NCBI GenBank assembly: GCA_010909165.1
Contig: MU008155.1
Coordinates: 2,356,001-2,420,000, forward strand
Origin: Anthoceros angustus
Taxonomy: Eukaryota > Plantae > Anthocerotophyta
Length of the DNA: 64,000 bases
Direction of reading: 5' to 3'
Part shown: positions 1 through 11,408 of the stretch, in pieces
Position numbering within the stretch: the stretch's first letter is position 1
Layout of the letters: every line of letters begins with the position of its first letter
Notes under the pieces: generated by a model
What the model saw: the letters and a program-made list of their open reading frames with translations, nothing else
Database searches by the model: none
What the model was told of the DNA's origin: nothing
Program-made: the position numbers and the translations under genes

Positions 1-467
1 ACAATTGAAGGCCTCGGAGGAGCCAATTCCGCACGCCGGGGATCAGAGGGCCAAGAAAATTGCAAACTTGGTAACTTCCGTAAGGCAATAAAGCGGATCA
101 CAGGCGCACTGACATGCATGGCGAGGAGCGGAAGAAAGCCGGACCGGGAACCCGCATCCGGACGCTGCAGCATCACGGTTGCAGTAAAAGCAAGAGCAGC
201 AAGGTGCAGTACCTTCCCAGGGCCAGGGGCGCAGCCAATTGCCAAGCCGGTGTGTGGAGGAAAGCAAGACCCGCCTCTTCGCTCCCGCCTTTCCTCGCTC
301 ACAGCGTACAGACCTGCGGCAGCGGCATCTGCGACTGGCACTGGCGGGGGCAAGTGTGGCAGATCCCGGCGCCCGGGACAGGCCGTGCTCCGGACGGCGA
401 GACCCAGACCCAGACCCAGACCCAGACCCAGTCCCAGTCCCCAGTCCCCCCGCGCTGGACTCCTCAT
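1..467 (-). CDS. Possible 5' part of a hypothetical protein, running off the left edge
   Basis: Minus-strand ATG at 467 (MRSPARGDWGLGLGLGLGLGLAVRS...) stays open to position 1. No recognisable domain, and the GC-rich context could give an open frame by chance. Confidence 0.2.
   Translation of the reverse strand, partial: MRSPARGDWGLGLGLGLGLGLGLAVRSTACPGRRDLPHLPPPVPVADAAAAGLYAVSEERRERRGGSCFPPHTGLAIGCAPGPGKVLHLAALAFTATVMLQRPDAGSRSGFLPLLAMHVSAPVIRFIALRKLPSLQFSWPSDPRRAELAPPRPSI
400..450. repeat. (CAGACC/CAGTCC)n hexamer microsatellite
   Basis: Directly visible: gacccagacccagacccagacccagacccagtcccagtcc. Confidence 0.9.
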
Positions 468-1932
468 TCCTTCAAAGTCGGGGAGATGGCATGCGCCACT
501 CCTGCGCACTTGGCACTGGGACTGAACATTCTTGGCTGCGCCGCAAATTGCTGCGCGCTTCGCGTTGCAGAGAGAAGAGAAAAGGGCGTAGACGGGCGGA
601 GAGGAGTTAACGGAAAGCCGGCTGCTAAACCAGGATTCACGCGCATTGGCCGCACAGATTGCGTGCTACCCGCACACTAATGATAGCGTATCGACTGCAA
701 AGCACCCGGCCTACCGGGTTCCACGGACCGGTAGGGAGCAGACGGTTGGTATGGCGCCCCCGTTCAGGTTCAGGATAGAAGCGTGCCTGAGAAGCCTGTA
801 GCAGGCCCGGACAATAATCCCATGAGCCTCACCACCGCTTCTCATTGGTTATTGCTCGCTCTACCACGATATCACACTCATCCCACGTCCACACATATCT
901 TTTCCTTTTGCCCAAAATACAATATCTCCCTTCTTATTTCCCCATTATTGCATCCTTTATTTATCCCAAAAACCACCATAACTTCTCCCTCCCCAAGCCT
1001 ACCCCATGAAATATGAATCCTTGGTCTCACCTACATCCCTACATCCCTACATCGGAACGGTTCGGGCTGGATGACTAAAACTTTTACTCCTTGCTGTGCC
1101 ATGATAATGTATATAACCCAAGCCCAATCTGTATTAGGGAGGCTCAAACATTAGGTTCGATGGTCAAACCGGAATCCCTTTTGACCCCTGAAATAGGCTC
1201 AATAAGTTGACGGCTTGGAGATGGGACCCGTTTAGGGTACCCTATTTGCCACAAACCGGGAAATGGTAAGAACCCGTTTATCAAAAATCTCATTGGAGGC
1301 GACGTAGCAATGTATGGCAGCCCTTATTCTCGGGCAAAGGTAAAGGTGGGGAGTTTTAGTGGGTGAGGGAGTTTTTCCCAAGTCCCACATAACCTGCGAT
1401 GGTATCTAGGCACGTACTCAAATGACCTCGGGAAGAGTATAGTCTCTTCCTGTTGGGATGATACGATGTGTAACATAGGGGAATCAGAACCCTTGCTGAA
1501 GATTTCTCCCCCGGGGTTGTTTTGATTTATTTTCAAAATACCAAATTAAAAAGAAATCAAAAATCTCATTTGTCACTTGAGTTAGGGTTTGTATGAGGGT
1601 TCTTCAGCGCTCGTCTTCCTCTACTTCACAAAATGCCTTTAGTAAGTCAGCGACATCAAGTGTTGGAGCCGGTGGTCCAAGTGGTAGATTTGAGTTTCTT
1701 GATGGAGGAGGACAACTCTCACTTGGAAGGTGCTAGTGGTGAGAAAGAAACCAGCAAGCTTTCACTTAAGAGCTTCGAATACGCGTATTTATTTGGTGAC
1801 GACCCATCATCGCTATAGTGGTTACAATTCTACTTGTGCCTTCAATAGGAGAGGTACTTGGCAGACAGGACTCGGGGGTAAAAAGTTCATAGTACGACTC
1901 ACTCATTAAGTTCACAGTATGACTCATATGAT

Positions 1933-2447
1933 ATGTGTCATAGATCATTTCGTCAAATGACTAGAATGGACAAGCAATCATTCTTCTCTTTGGTGGACAT
2001 GATTTCCTCTCATCAAGTGTTACAAAGTAATGCCTTTGTTGATCAGGCTCCTGTATGTCTACAATTGGCCCTATGTCTTGATAGGTTAGGGCATTTTGGC
2101 AATGGAATTTCCTTGCAACGGACCTTATAGCAGTGGGGGTGAGAATAGGTAGTGTAGTGAGCTATCCTCGAAGATGTCTTCTAGCTCTAGAAAATGTACT
2201 CTCTTCATACGTATAGTGGCCGAAACAAGGTGAGTGTGCCTTTTTGAATATGAGGTTTGCAGTTTTAGGCTTTCCAGGTTGCATCGGGCTCATCGATCGC
2301 ACATTGTTTCCCCTAGCACAGAAACCCAAGGCTCATGGTGAATGTTATTATGACAGGAAAGGCAGATACTGTATTAATGCTCAAGTTGTTTGCGATGACA
2401 AGCGTAGAATCTTCTACATGTCCGCAGGTCTGGCCTACAAGCTTTAG
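1933..2447 (+). pseudogene. Harbinger (DDE_Tnp_4/HARBI1-like) transposase remnant
   Basis: FRQMTRMDKQSFFSLV...QAPVCLQLALCLDRLGHFGNG and FPGCIGLIDRT...YYDRKGRYCINAQVVCDDKRRI. Several in-frame stops; the C-terminal half is missing. Confidence 0.8.
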
Positions 2448-2989
2448 CCTCACTTCATTGCCTATTTAGCTTATAGGTTTGTGCTCTCTAAAAACTTGAT
2501 ATCATGATTGCAGGAAATTTATGCAGCTATGTAGACATTACATGTCTTCGCCGCTCTAGGAGATACGCACTCAAATCAACAACAGAGCTAACTATTCACA
2601 TATTTGCTACTGGTTCCGGGTCTGTGCCCTTCTCTACAATTACATGATTTCCATACAAGATCTATGGTGTGAAGAACCCTTCTCCACAATTACATGATCA
2701 GTCCACACAAGATCTATGGTCTGAAGAAGATACGTTGGGGACAAGCATAGATGAAGACACTTACCCTAATGGGCATGAAGAAACGAATATACCTCTATAT
2801 CTCTTGCATTGGCTAGATAGGGATCTTGAGAAAAAAGAGAGATTGGCGCGGTGACAGAAAATTGTGTGGATTGTTCAAGAGAGATGGTTGTTGATGGGGC
2901 TTCAGCTGACATGAATTCAGTTTCTTTAAAAATATGTGCATGAACATCCTCTACTGCACGCTCGGTGGGTTCATTGCAAGGCACCTCAA

Positions 2990-3436
2990 ATTCATCTACA
3001 CCTAGGAGTCACTGAAAGGAATGTGGGAATCAGAGGATGGCATTCCAATTTCAAAACTGTCCAGTGGATTCATATTTGGCCTTTCATCAAAAATTGCATG
3101 CATCTGGTCAAAACACAGGCACATGCCCTCCAATTTCTCCTCGAGGGATAAACCTGCTCTGCACTCGTCTTCCATTAAACCCTGTCCTTTCTCCTTGAGG
3201 AAGTGAGTAGTCTTCTTGTACTTCTATGCGTAACGCTCCACCCTCTTTTGCAGCTTACATCCTTCAATATTAGTAAACCCGTACTCCCGCAGAGTAGCGG
3301 CCATGACTGCGTATGTATTCTTTTTAAACTGGTTCTTTCTTGCAATTTTCGTCCTTTTTGATGATTCGAATAAAGCTGCAAATTGATATGACTGTTCCAA
3401 ATAATCACAGATCATGGCATAATCTTCCCTTGTCAT
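2990..3436 (-). pseudogene. Harbinger partner ORF (Myb/SANT-like DNA-binding protein) remnant
   Basis: MTREDYAMICDYLE...KLQKRVERYA*KYKKTTHFLKEKGQGL...EKLEGMCLCFDQMHAIFDERPNMNP. One in-frame TAG at 3224-3226. Confidence 0.65.
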
Positions 3437-4117
3437 ATTAGTCCATAAGCCCGAGCCCCCTACCCCAACAAATAAACCTAGATGGCTGCTGCACAGCGGG
3501 CTAACCACAAAAGAGCCTCCCAGCGCCCCATCAAACTCGTCTGGCACCACCTCAAAAAACGGCGGGGACCTTGAACAACAAATCTTAGCATCATAGCTTA
3601 GCAAACCACAGTTCATCCGGTAAACTGGATGCCCAGTCAATGAACAACCAAGGATTCTTAACCGCTGATGTGTAATTTACAACACTTTTATAAATATAAA
3701 TAATATAGAAATAGAGGTCCAAAAACTGCATAAAGGGCCATGACCTCTAAAATTTTGGACATAAAAAAAATAAAAGATTTGGAAAATGGAAACGAGTGGG
3801 TTGGACAATTTAGGGTTGAACAATCAGTATTACCCATACTTTTTTAATTCTTAAATAAGATTGAACTAAAAAAAGGGAATACCCTATATTAAAATTTTAT
3901 TAAAAATATAAATAATGTTTATAAGTATTTTTATTTAAATAGAAGCGAGGATATTTTCTCACTCTCGAAGTTCTTTGGGATTTGAAGCTATATATGTAGC
4001 ACCAAGTGGAAGGATTAGATATATTTTGATTAGGAGAAGAGATATCCTTCACAATACTATATAGCATATCTTAGAATTTTCAAATCATTATCGCATTGGA
4101 AGATCTTCATTAGCAAA

Positions 4118-6011
4118 ATGACAGAATTATTTTTTGTATGTCTCACTAATATACTAGTATTTCTATTTCTATGCAACCATGTTTTGTCGCTCTCCAGCCA
4201 TCCACCACATGTGAGATCAAACCAGGTGATTTTTTTTTGATCATTTTATTTATATTTAATGAAATTTATTATAGGTTTACCTAGTGTACTTGTTAAATGC
4301 ATATCCAATGGAAGCTTATTTATTTAATTAAATTATTTCAGCTTTCCGATGGTTCTATAATTGACTGTGTGAAAGTTGAAGATCAACTTACCTTGCAACA
4401 TCCACACTTCAAAGATCATGTTATTGAGGTAATATATTGTTTTTAATATATTATATTTTTTAATAATAAAACTAGATGGTCAGTCTCGTCCATGTACGGT
4501 GCAGGAAGTTCCAAGATTTTTGCAGAATACACCTATTGAACAGGAGATAAACATTGCAAGACCGTCTCAACTATATCATATTGAAGTGGATGCTTGTCCC
4601 AAGGGCACAATACCGATACAACGACGGACAGAAGAGAGTATACAAATGGAGCAAGAGTTCTTTATTCGAAAGAAGATGCCAAGGTCTAGTTTCACCAATC
4701 AAGTGGAAAACGAAATACAATCCTTTCATGACGATGAAGTACGTGTTCTCACTTTCCCGCCCTACCTTTTGTTTTTATATTTGAATGTTTTTAACAATGT
4801 TCATGATATTTGAATTCCAGTATGCAGTGCTAGAGACCCAAAACATACAAGGAATCTTTGGTACGGCCGATGGAAGTAATAATGGGGGAAGTGCAACCAT
4901 CAGTCTATGGGAACCACAAGTTGGACCCACGGAGGCTTCCTATGCACAAATGTGGGTTTCTCGAGCTACTCCTATTTCTAGTGCACCTAATTCAGCTGAT
5001 AATGAAAATTCGGTTCAAGTTGGATGGACAGTAAGTTTTTGAATTGTGCATTTTAAACAAACATTTGTAGCATCCAAATATGATTGGTTGTTGTACATTT
5101 TTCTTGAGTCCAATCTTTGTATGTGAAAATTTAACATATTTAAAATTATGTTTGTGGATATATATTAGGTCAAACCAAGTATATACAACGATTCTAGTGC
5201 TCATCTATTTGCGGCTTGGAGGGTAAGATGAAATCTCTATGTTAGGAAGATAGTTGACTAAGATAAAGGAACATGTAGATGTCACCGGATTAATAGAATG
5301 TTCGTGACGCAGACAAACATTGAAGGGAAAATAAACGGATGCTTCAACTTGGATTGTCCCGGATTTGTTCAAATTGATTCAAGGTATGTCCTTGGAGGAG
5401 CCTTAGTGGATTTGCCAGGTTCTACCATGCGATATGATCTCATGAAGGTATGTTTTTCACAAAACTTACAACAAAAATCATTTTGTTAGGAGATATTTCT
5501 CACATCATTTTTGAGCTGAGACAAATAATAAAAGTGGATAAATATTTATACTTTTTTTCTTTTCCTTTTCTTGCAGCCAGGGATGTTCGACAGTATATGG
5601 TTGTTCATTGAAAACCAGCCCATTGGTTATTGGCCAAACTCCTTATTCACTACAGGTCTTTTGAAAGATATATATCCTAATACCGTTCGTTGGGGTGGAC
5701 ACACCCAGAAGAAGAACCCCTTGAACCATGTACAAATGGGTAATGGAAGATTTGGTTCACAAAATTGGGCAGTCGTAGCTCCTAATACGATCGATTGTGC
5801 AGCATATATGAGTGGCCTTTCATGGTTATTCAAGCGCGATGGAGTCGGGAGCTTCTACCAGGTTTCAGCAACGTCAACTCGGGTATTTCCCACAGTCTCC
5901 TCTAGTTGGGCATATGACGTGAGTTATGTGTATGTGGACGGAAGCCAAGTGGGAAACGCTAGCCAACCAATGGACGCGGCTTGGTTGTTTTTTGGCGGAC
6001 CGGGGACCTAG
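4118..6011 (+). CDS. Neprosin-family (DUF239 + activation peptide) secreted protein, about 7 exons
   Basis: Signal-peptide exon MTELFFVCLTNILVFLFL (4118-4225); SDGSIIDCVKVEDQLTLQHPHFKDH (4342-4428); CPKGTIPIQR; SYAQMW...SVQVGW; VKPSIYND; GCFNLDCPGFVQ; IGYWPNSLF; WGG..MGNGRF. GT-AG junctions are consistent. Confidence 0.9.
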
Positions 6012-7819
6012 AACTTGAAGAGCGACTGTAACAGCTTGGATTGGTTTAGCCAAGTCTGGCATTGCCGGAACTGGCAACTTGCGTGCAGCCTCTTGCGTTG
6101 TGTCATGGCGTAAAGTAGATGTGGCCTCCCATTGCCGGGTTGTGGGGGAGAATCGAGGTTCCGCAGGCTTCGTAGCTGGGGCCTGATTCATCGGCTGCTG
6201 TCCTGAAGGCGAGTACACGCAGAAAAAGTCAAGTGGTATGCTTTTGGACGCTCATCTCGGGGCACCTTGTTGTTCCACGCCAGGAGCTCCAGCAGGGGTC
6301 GCCTGCAAACGAAGCCTTTAGGGCTTGGCTCGGCTTGCCCCGTTTTGGGGTGCGTTGGTTTCTCTTGTGCGAGACCTAAGTGTGCGAGACCCTTGAAATC
6401 CCTTCTGCACTGTGGCTGTGCTGCCACTTTCGCAGAGATTGCACCCACCGTCACGCTCCAAGCAGCAAGCATCCAAAGCATTGTACCCGGAACTGTGGAC
6501 GGGTGTACCAACACATACATATGTACATGCAATACCTATAGTACGTGTGTGTGATGCGTAGGGTCAGTCGTGGTTGGCAGTAGTGGCCCATGGCACAGGC
6601 CATGGCGGGGACCCGCACATGGCTGCCGCCTATCACTCGTCGCCCTGGCCTGATGAGATTGACGACAGGCGACGAGGCTTTGCGTGCCCCCCGAGGTCGT
6701 GATTCTCACGTCACGCAGCGTACCTTATCTTGCACAGGCCCCACCGCCACGGCCAGGGGCTCAGGCTCAGGCTCAGGCTCAGGCGTTGGGGCCGGGGCCG
6801 GGGCCGGCCGGGCCAATCCCATGGCCTCCCGGATGGCTCCCGGATGACCGATCACGGACACTGAGCTGACTTGATGAGCGAAGCCTTCGAGACGGATCAC
6901 CCCGGGTGTCAGCCCCGCCCCGCCCCGCCCGGCCCTTTCTGGACTGCCCTCTTCAGCACCAGCAGCGCCATGTGGGAGAGGGCGCGTCAGAATATGCATC
7001 CGCTTTCGCAAGCTGCGAGGAACGGTGGAACCGCCTCGTCTTGCCCGCCCGTTCCGTTATCCAATAAATTTGCCCAGCTGGGAATTCACCTTCTGTCGAT
7101 CTCTGCTGCCCTGGCCCCGGCCCCGGCCCCGGCCCCGGCCCAGGTGCCTGATGCCGGCCTCCGCTTAGACATGGCTAAATACCGGACTGGCAGGACTGGA
7201 CTGGAGTGGGCAGTGAGAACAAGATGAGAGGAATACGGACTGGTCGCTGTTGCCCTATTTCGACTGCGTGCAGAGGGCTGTGGAACGGGATTGCTTTTCG
7301 GATGCGGGACTGGCATGGCTTGTCAGAGCTCGGCAGCCTGGAATAAAATCATGATCGGAAGTGAAGCCTGTCAGGCATGTCGTGCAACAGAGCTCTGAGA
7401 TGACAGAGCAGCGACCACCAATGGGCGCTCCCCACTCACCCGCTGCCAGTGCTCATCACGATTCGCGTTATCGGCTCTCGCCCGCTCGTCCTTTCCCCAA
7501 CCAAGTTACGAGACGGTGTGTCTTATTTGCAGCGCGAGTCGAGTCAAGCTGGGGTCCAGGATCGTCACGGAAACCACTCAGCTTGGGTTGTATCCACGGT
7601 TCGGGAGGGGAGAGTATGTTCCAGGCAAGCACCTTTTGCTCAACTCGTGATAGCCAGAATGTTTCATATCTTGCTCATATGCTTTTCCTTACCCTCGGAA
7701 GCTTTGTTTCAATCTCCCTGCTGTACTAACTGACAAATCACATGAATTTTCATGGACGAGAGAGCACTGGAACTCCCTTGAACAGGCAAAAGGTTACAAG
7801 ACATTTGATGAGACAGAAG

Positions 7820-8357
7820 GCAGTGGGTCATCACTTGGAAAAGAGTACCTGTGTCGTTCATTTGGCAGAACCCAATAAAAGGGATGAGTTCGTCCGAACT
7901 GCAGCTGATCAACCTGCCAACGTTCGTTAAGCCCACGATTGTTCTGAAAGATTACACCTCCATACGAGCTAGACTCCAATTTTCAACCACCTGCAACTAC
8001 GTTGTGGAGGTCCACCTCTCATCGGCTGAGCCATTTTCTGGCGTCCCTACAAAACAACCGGCAGTGTCTTGTTGCACAGTCCAGGTATCATTTCTGCTCG
8101 GTACTTTTCTAGTGAACATACACCCAGAATTTGCGTTTTAGTAGGTGAGCAAATTCGTAAAGATTACAAGACGTCAGCTTCCAAACTACTGGCGAATCTG
8201 GGCCTTCCGCAAGCGGGGTTCGATATCGGGTCGCCGGAATGGATGTCAGGCACCTAACCATCTACTCTATGGGGACAAGTGTGGCAAGCGATGTGTTTCC
8301 TCCATCCCACGCGCAATGTCGAAGCTCCCCCGTCCATCATTATTTGGCACTAACTAA
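7820..8357 (+). CDS. Unassigned spliced coding segment of a hypothetical protein; 5' exons probably within 7400-7800
   Basis: Protein-like exon WVITWKRVPVSFIWQNPIKGMSSSELQLINLPTFVKPTIVLKDYTSIRARLQFSTTCNYVVEVHLSSAEPF, followed by a cag|gtatca donor and a ttttagtag acceptor near 8143. Family not recognised. Confidence 0.4.
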
Positions 8358-8383
8358 CGCAAGATTGTAACAAGTCAAATTGA

Positions 8384-11145
8384 TTACAGAACTCCAAAAA
8401 ATGGATTGGTAAGCGCAGAGTTCAGCTCTGCGCCTGCTGTGTTCAGCAACGGCACATCTATCTTATCCTTGTGCAAGATCAAATATTCACCAGAGCTATC
8501 CTTATCAAACCCGCAGAGTTCCAAGAACTCCACACCTGTGGTCCCCACTCGCTCCTGCGAGAAAAGGGACAAACTGTTGGCAACCTGGCAGCTGATTAGA
8601 ACCACAACGCGTGACCTACTGAAAACTGATGCGGACCTGGAATGCAGGATTGGATACACGGACTTTGCGAAACTTCTCTTCTTCTGGAGCACGCACAACG
8701 TTCCCTACGTATGTGAGCAATGTTTGGAAAGTTCGTTTCACCTTGGCATCGTCATCCTGCATCGTGTCATGTTATACTCTTATACTTCCTGTCACCAGAA
8801 ACGACCCTAAAATGCTTGCAGGCTCTGCAACCACTTCAGGAACATGACAACACAATCCAAAGCAGTTATAAGTCCACCTTTACCTTCTGGGCTTGTTTTA
8901 AGGACCTCAAACAGTTGCGCATCTGCTCTGCTCTGGTTGCTGATTTTACAGTCACAGAGCTCTGCACTTTCAACTGCAGATGTTTAGTTTTCTGTGTTAG
9001 AGATTCACTACGCTACAAGGCCTGATTCATGTCACCGCTCAACTTCTTCACACAGCTGACCTTTTTCTTTTCTGGTTCTGCAGGAGCCGGGGCAGCATCT
9101 GCTGCTTTTGGTTCTTCTGGACCCAATCCCAATTTCCGTCGTCTCTCTGCCTGTTCAGTATCAAAGGGAAAACAAAAGTGTGGGGCCAATACATCACAAA
9201 AAAGGAGAGCCGGCAAGGAAATAGACTTTCAACCACCTACTTTATCTTCCTCAAGCTTTTGACGGATTTTCTCTCTAGCTCGCTTCTCCTCCTCTTTCTC
9301 CTGTTTCCGATACAATGCTAAGCTGCATGGGCATAGGACAGGATGACAAGGTAAACATCTCATCTTCAAATGCACACATGAACGTGTCTACAAAGGCGTA
9401 GTCAATTAGAAAATAGTGCCAACCGTTTTCTTTCATTGTCTTCCTCCATGCGCTTTGCTTGTAGCATCTCTCGACCAACACGAAGGCGCTCCTGCAGTAT
9501 AACGATCTGTTAAGAGCACATCACCTTTTGTGCACATTGAATGACAGATCAACTCTTGTCACCTAAGCTCTTACCTTTTCTCGTTCTCTCTCCAGCCTTC
9601 TCTCTTCCTCTTCCTTCTTCTTACGTGCACGCTCCCTGATTGCAAGAAACTGAAACTGAGTCAGCTTGGACTACGACCAGGGTGTTGCTCAGAGAAGCCA
9701 TTGAAACATCAACTGAAAAAGAAAAATTGGGAAAGCCTTCCGTATTTTTTGCCCTTTTACCCACCGCAGCTCTTGTGCTTTGATTCTAGCCTCCTCAGGA
9801 GTCAGAGATGAAGTTGCAACGGGCGCTTGACTTGCTGGAACCTACAAGCACCTCAAACAACAGCTGTGGAAGGGTCATGCAGATGCTTTCAACTGCGTAT
9901 CATCATAGGTGGAAGAAATGCATCATACTCATTGTATCTCACATACTACAACTCACACAATAACATTAGTGCTGCGAGGGTATTACTCAAAGAATTCAAG
10001 CAGTAAATAAAACTACCAAACCTACACAGTGGAATCATACCAGGGGCATCTCATCTATGTCCGCGTCTTCTTCATGATCAACAATCCAATTGACTGCAGC
10101 TTCAAGCCCCGAGGCACCTACCATCAACCAAAGCAGCAGCCAATCAGTCTTTGATACCCTACTGCCTTCACGGGCATCTTGTTAGCACAAAGGACCAAGG
10201 AATCAGCACAGAAATTCTTGGTACCGGAGAAGTAAATGGCTCGAGTTGCACGTGCAGTTGGAAAACCCATGCCTTCCATCTGCTCAAGCAACTCTTTGTT
10301 GACCTCAGGAATTATCATATCTGTTACCGCAACAAAGAACATTGAGTACACAGGCAAGAAAGAATTTCCCTTACCTGGCTCAACAAAGAGCTCAAAAGCA
10401 AGCAATACCTGGTTTATCCCCATCTGCAGAGCCAGTTCCACTTGCCGAAGAATTCAGTCCTAGCTGAGCAGATTCAAGGTCAATTGGCTTGGCTGACTCC
10501 GCAGTTTTGTCCGAGAAATTGGCATGCCCAGATCTCTTCGTGTGTAGTTCCCTCTCCTGATCACCATCAATGTTTCCACATTTCAGTATCCACATTTCAG
10601 TATCCTTTATGCAGCAGCTAGAGGAGCAGCACGAAGACCAGCCAAGATAACGTACGGTCTCTGTGCGGCAAGGCTTCCCACAATCAGTGCACACAAGGTT
10701 GAGGACCTGGAAAGGTGTAAACACAAACAGATAATTAGAACAGGTGTCAACACCATAGATGCAGCCCCTGTTGTTCTCCGCAAATGAAACAGCGATTGTC
10801 ATAAGCTGACGAGGCATCTACAACAGTGCGTCCCACAAACTGCCCATAACACATGCAAAAATTTCTCCTGACAGACATGAAGAGGCGCAGATCGGCCCCA
10901 TAAAGACTCTGTGAGCTAGTTCAGGGAGCTGGCTTGTCTCCCTCCCCATATCTCCCGGAATTCACAGTAGTCACATATAGACGAGATCCTTGTTAGCACT
11001 CAAGGGAAGGACAAGCGAGACGACAGACCGGCTGAGTCGACTCCTGAAAGTTGGAGTGTCCCGTGAGCTCCGCGTGCTCCTGGACTTCCTTCACATCTCG
11101 AAACTGCACCTTGCAATCACCACACTCTAGCGAGAGGCCTCCCAT
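8384..11145 (-). CDS. C2H2-Zn finger / UBA / coiled-coil / PUB domain protein (plant UBA/TS-N family), multi-exon
   Basis: [11 protein letters not shown]...[15 protein letters not shown]; [13 protein letters not shown]; LHTKRSGH; UBA segment [23 protein letters not shown]; AERRRKLGL; PUB end [10 protein letters not shown]...[19 protein letters not shown]. Confidence 0.92.
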
Positions 11146-11408
11146 GGTCACGCTGCTCCCAACAACCCACAGGGTAGCGCCTTGCACAAATTGCGCCCTG
11201 CCCGTGGCATCCAAGGTCTCACGACTGCATCACAGAAATTGTATCTTAGGGCTCAAGAACAGACCTAACCAGGCACAAAAAATAACATCACCACCGCGTA
11301 TATGCTCAGCTGCTGCCTTAATGCCACAGGATTCTAGAATGGCATGATGTCCTTTTGTTGAGCTCTGATGATGCTTGTGTGTTGTGCTCGTTCGCCTTCG
11401 GAAGTGCC

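Larger units (their letters stand above)
1633..3640. mobile_element. Decayed PIF/Harbinger DNA transposon with convergent transposase and Myb/SANT-like ORFs; ends not resolved
   Basis: Two convergent ORF remnants typical of the superfamily (see next two features). TIRs and TSD not identified. Confidence 0.75.

Noticed and set aside
114-680. 188-aa plus-strand ORF with a QTQTQT run
   Set aside because: The run is a translated microsatellite and there is no other support.
706-732. Small inverted repeat CCTACCGG...CCGGTAGG
   Set aside because: An 8-bp stem in GC-rich DNA is expected by chance; no TSD or MITE structure.
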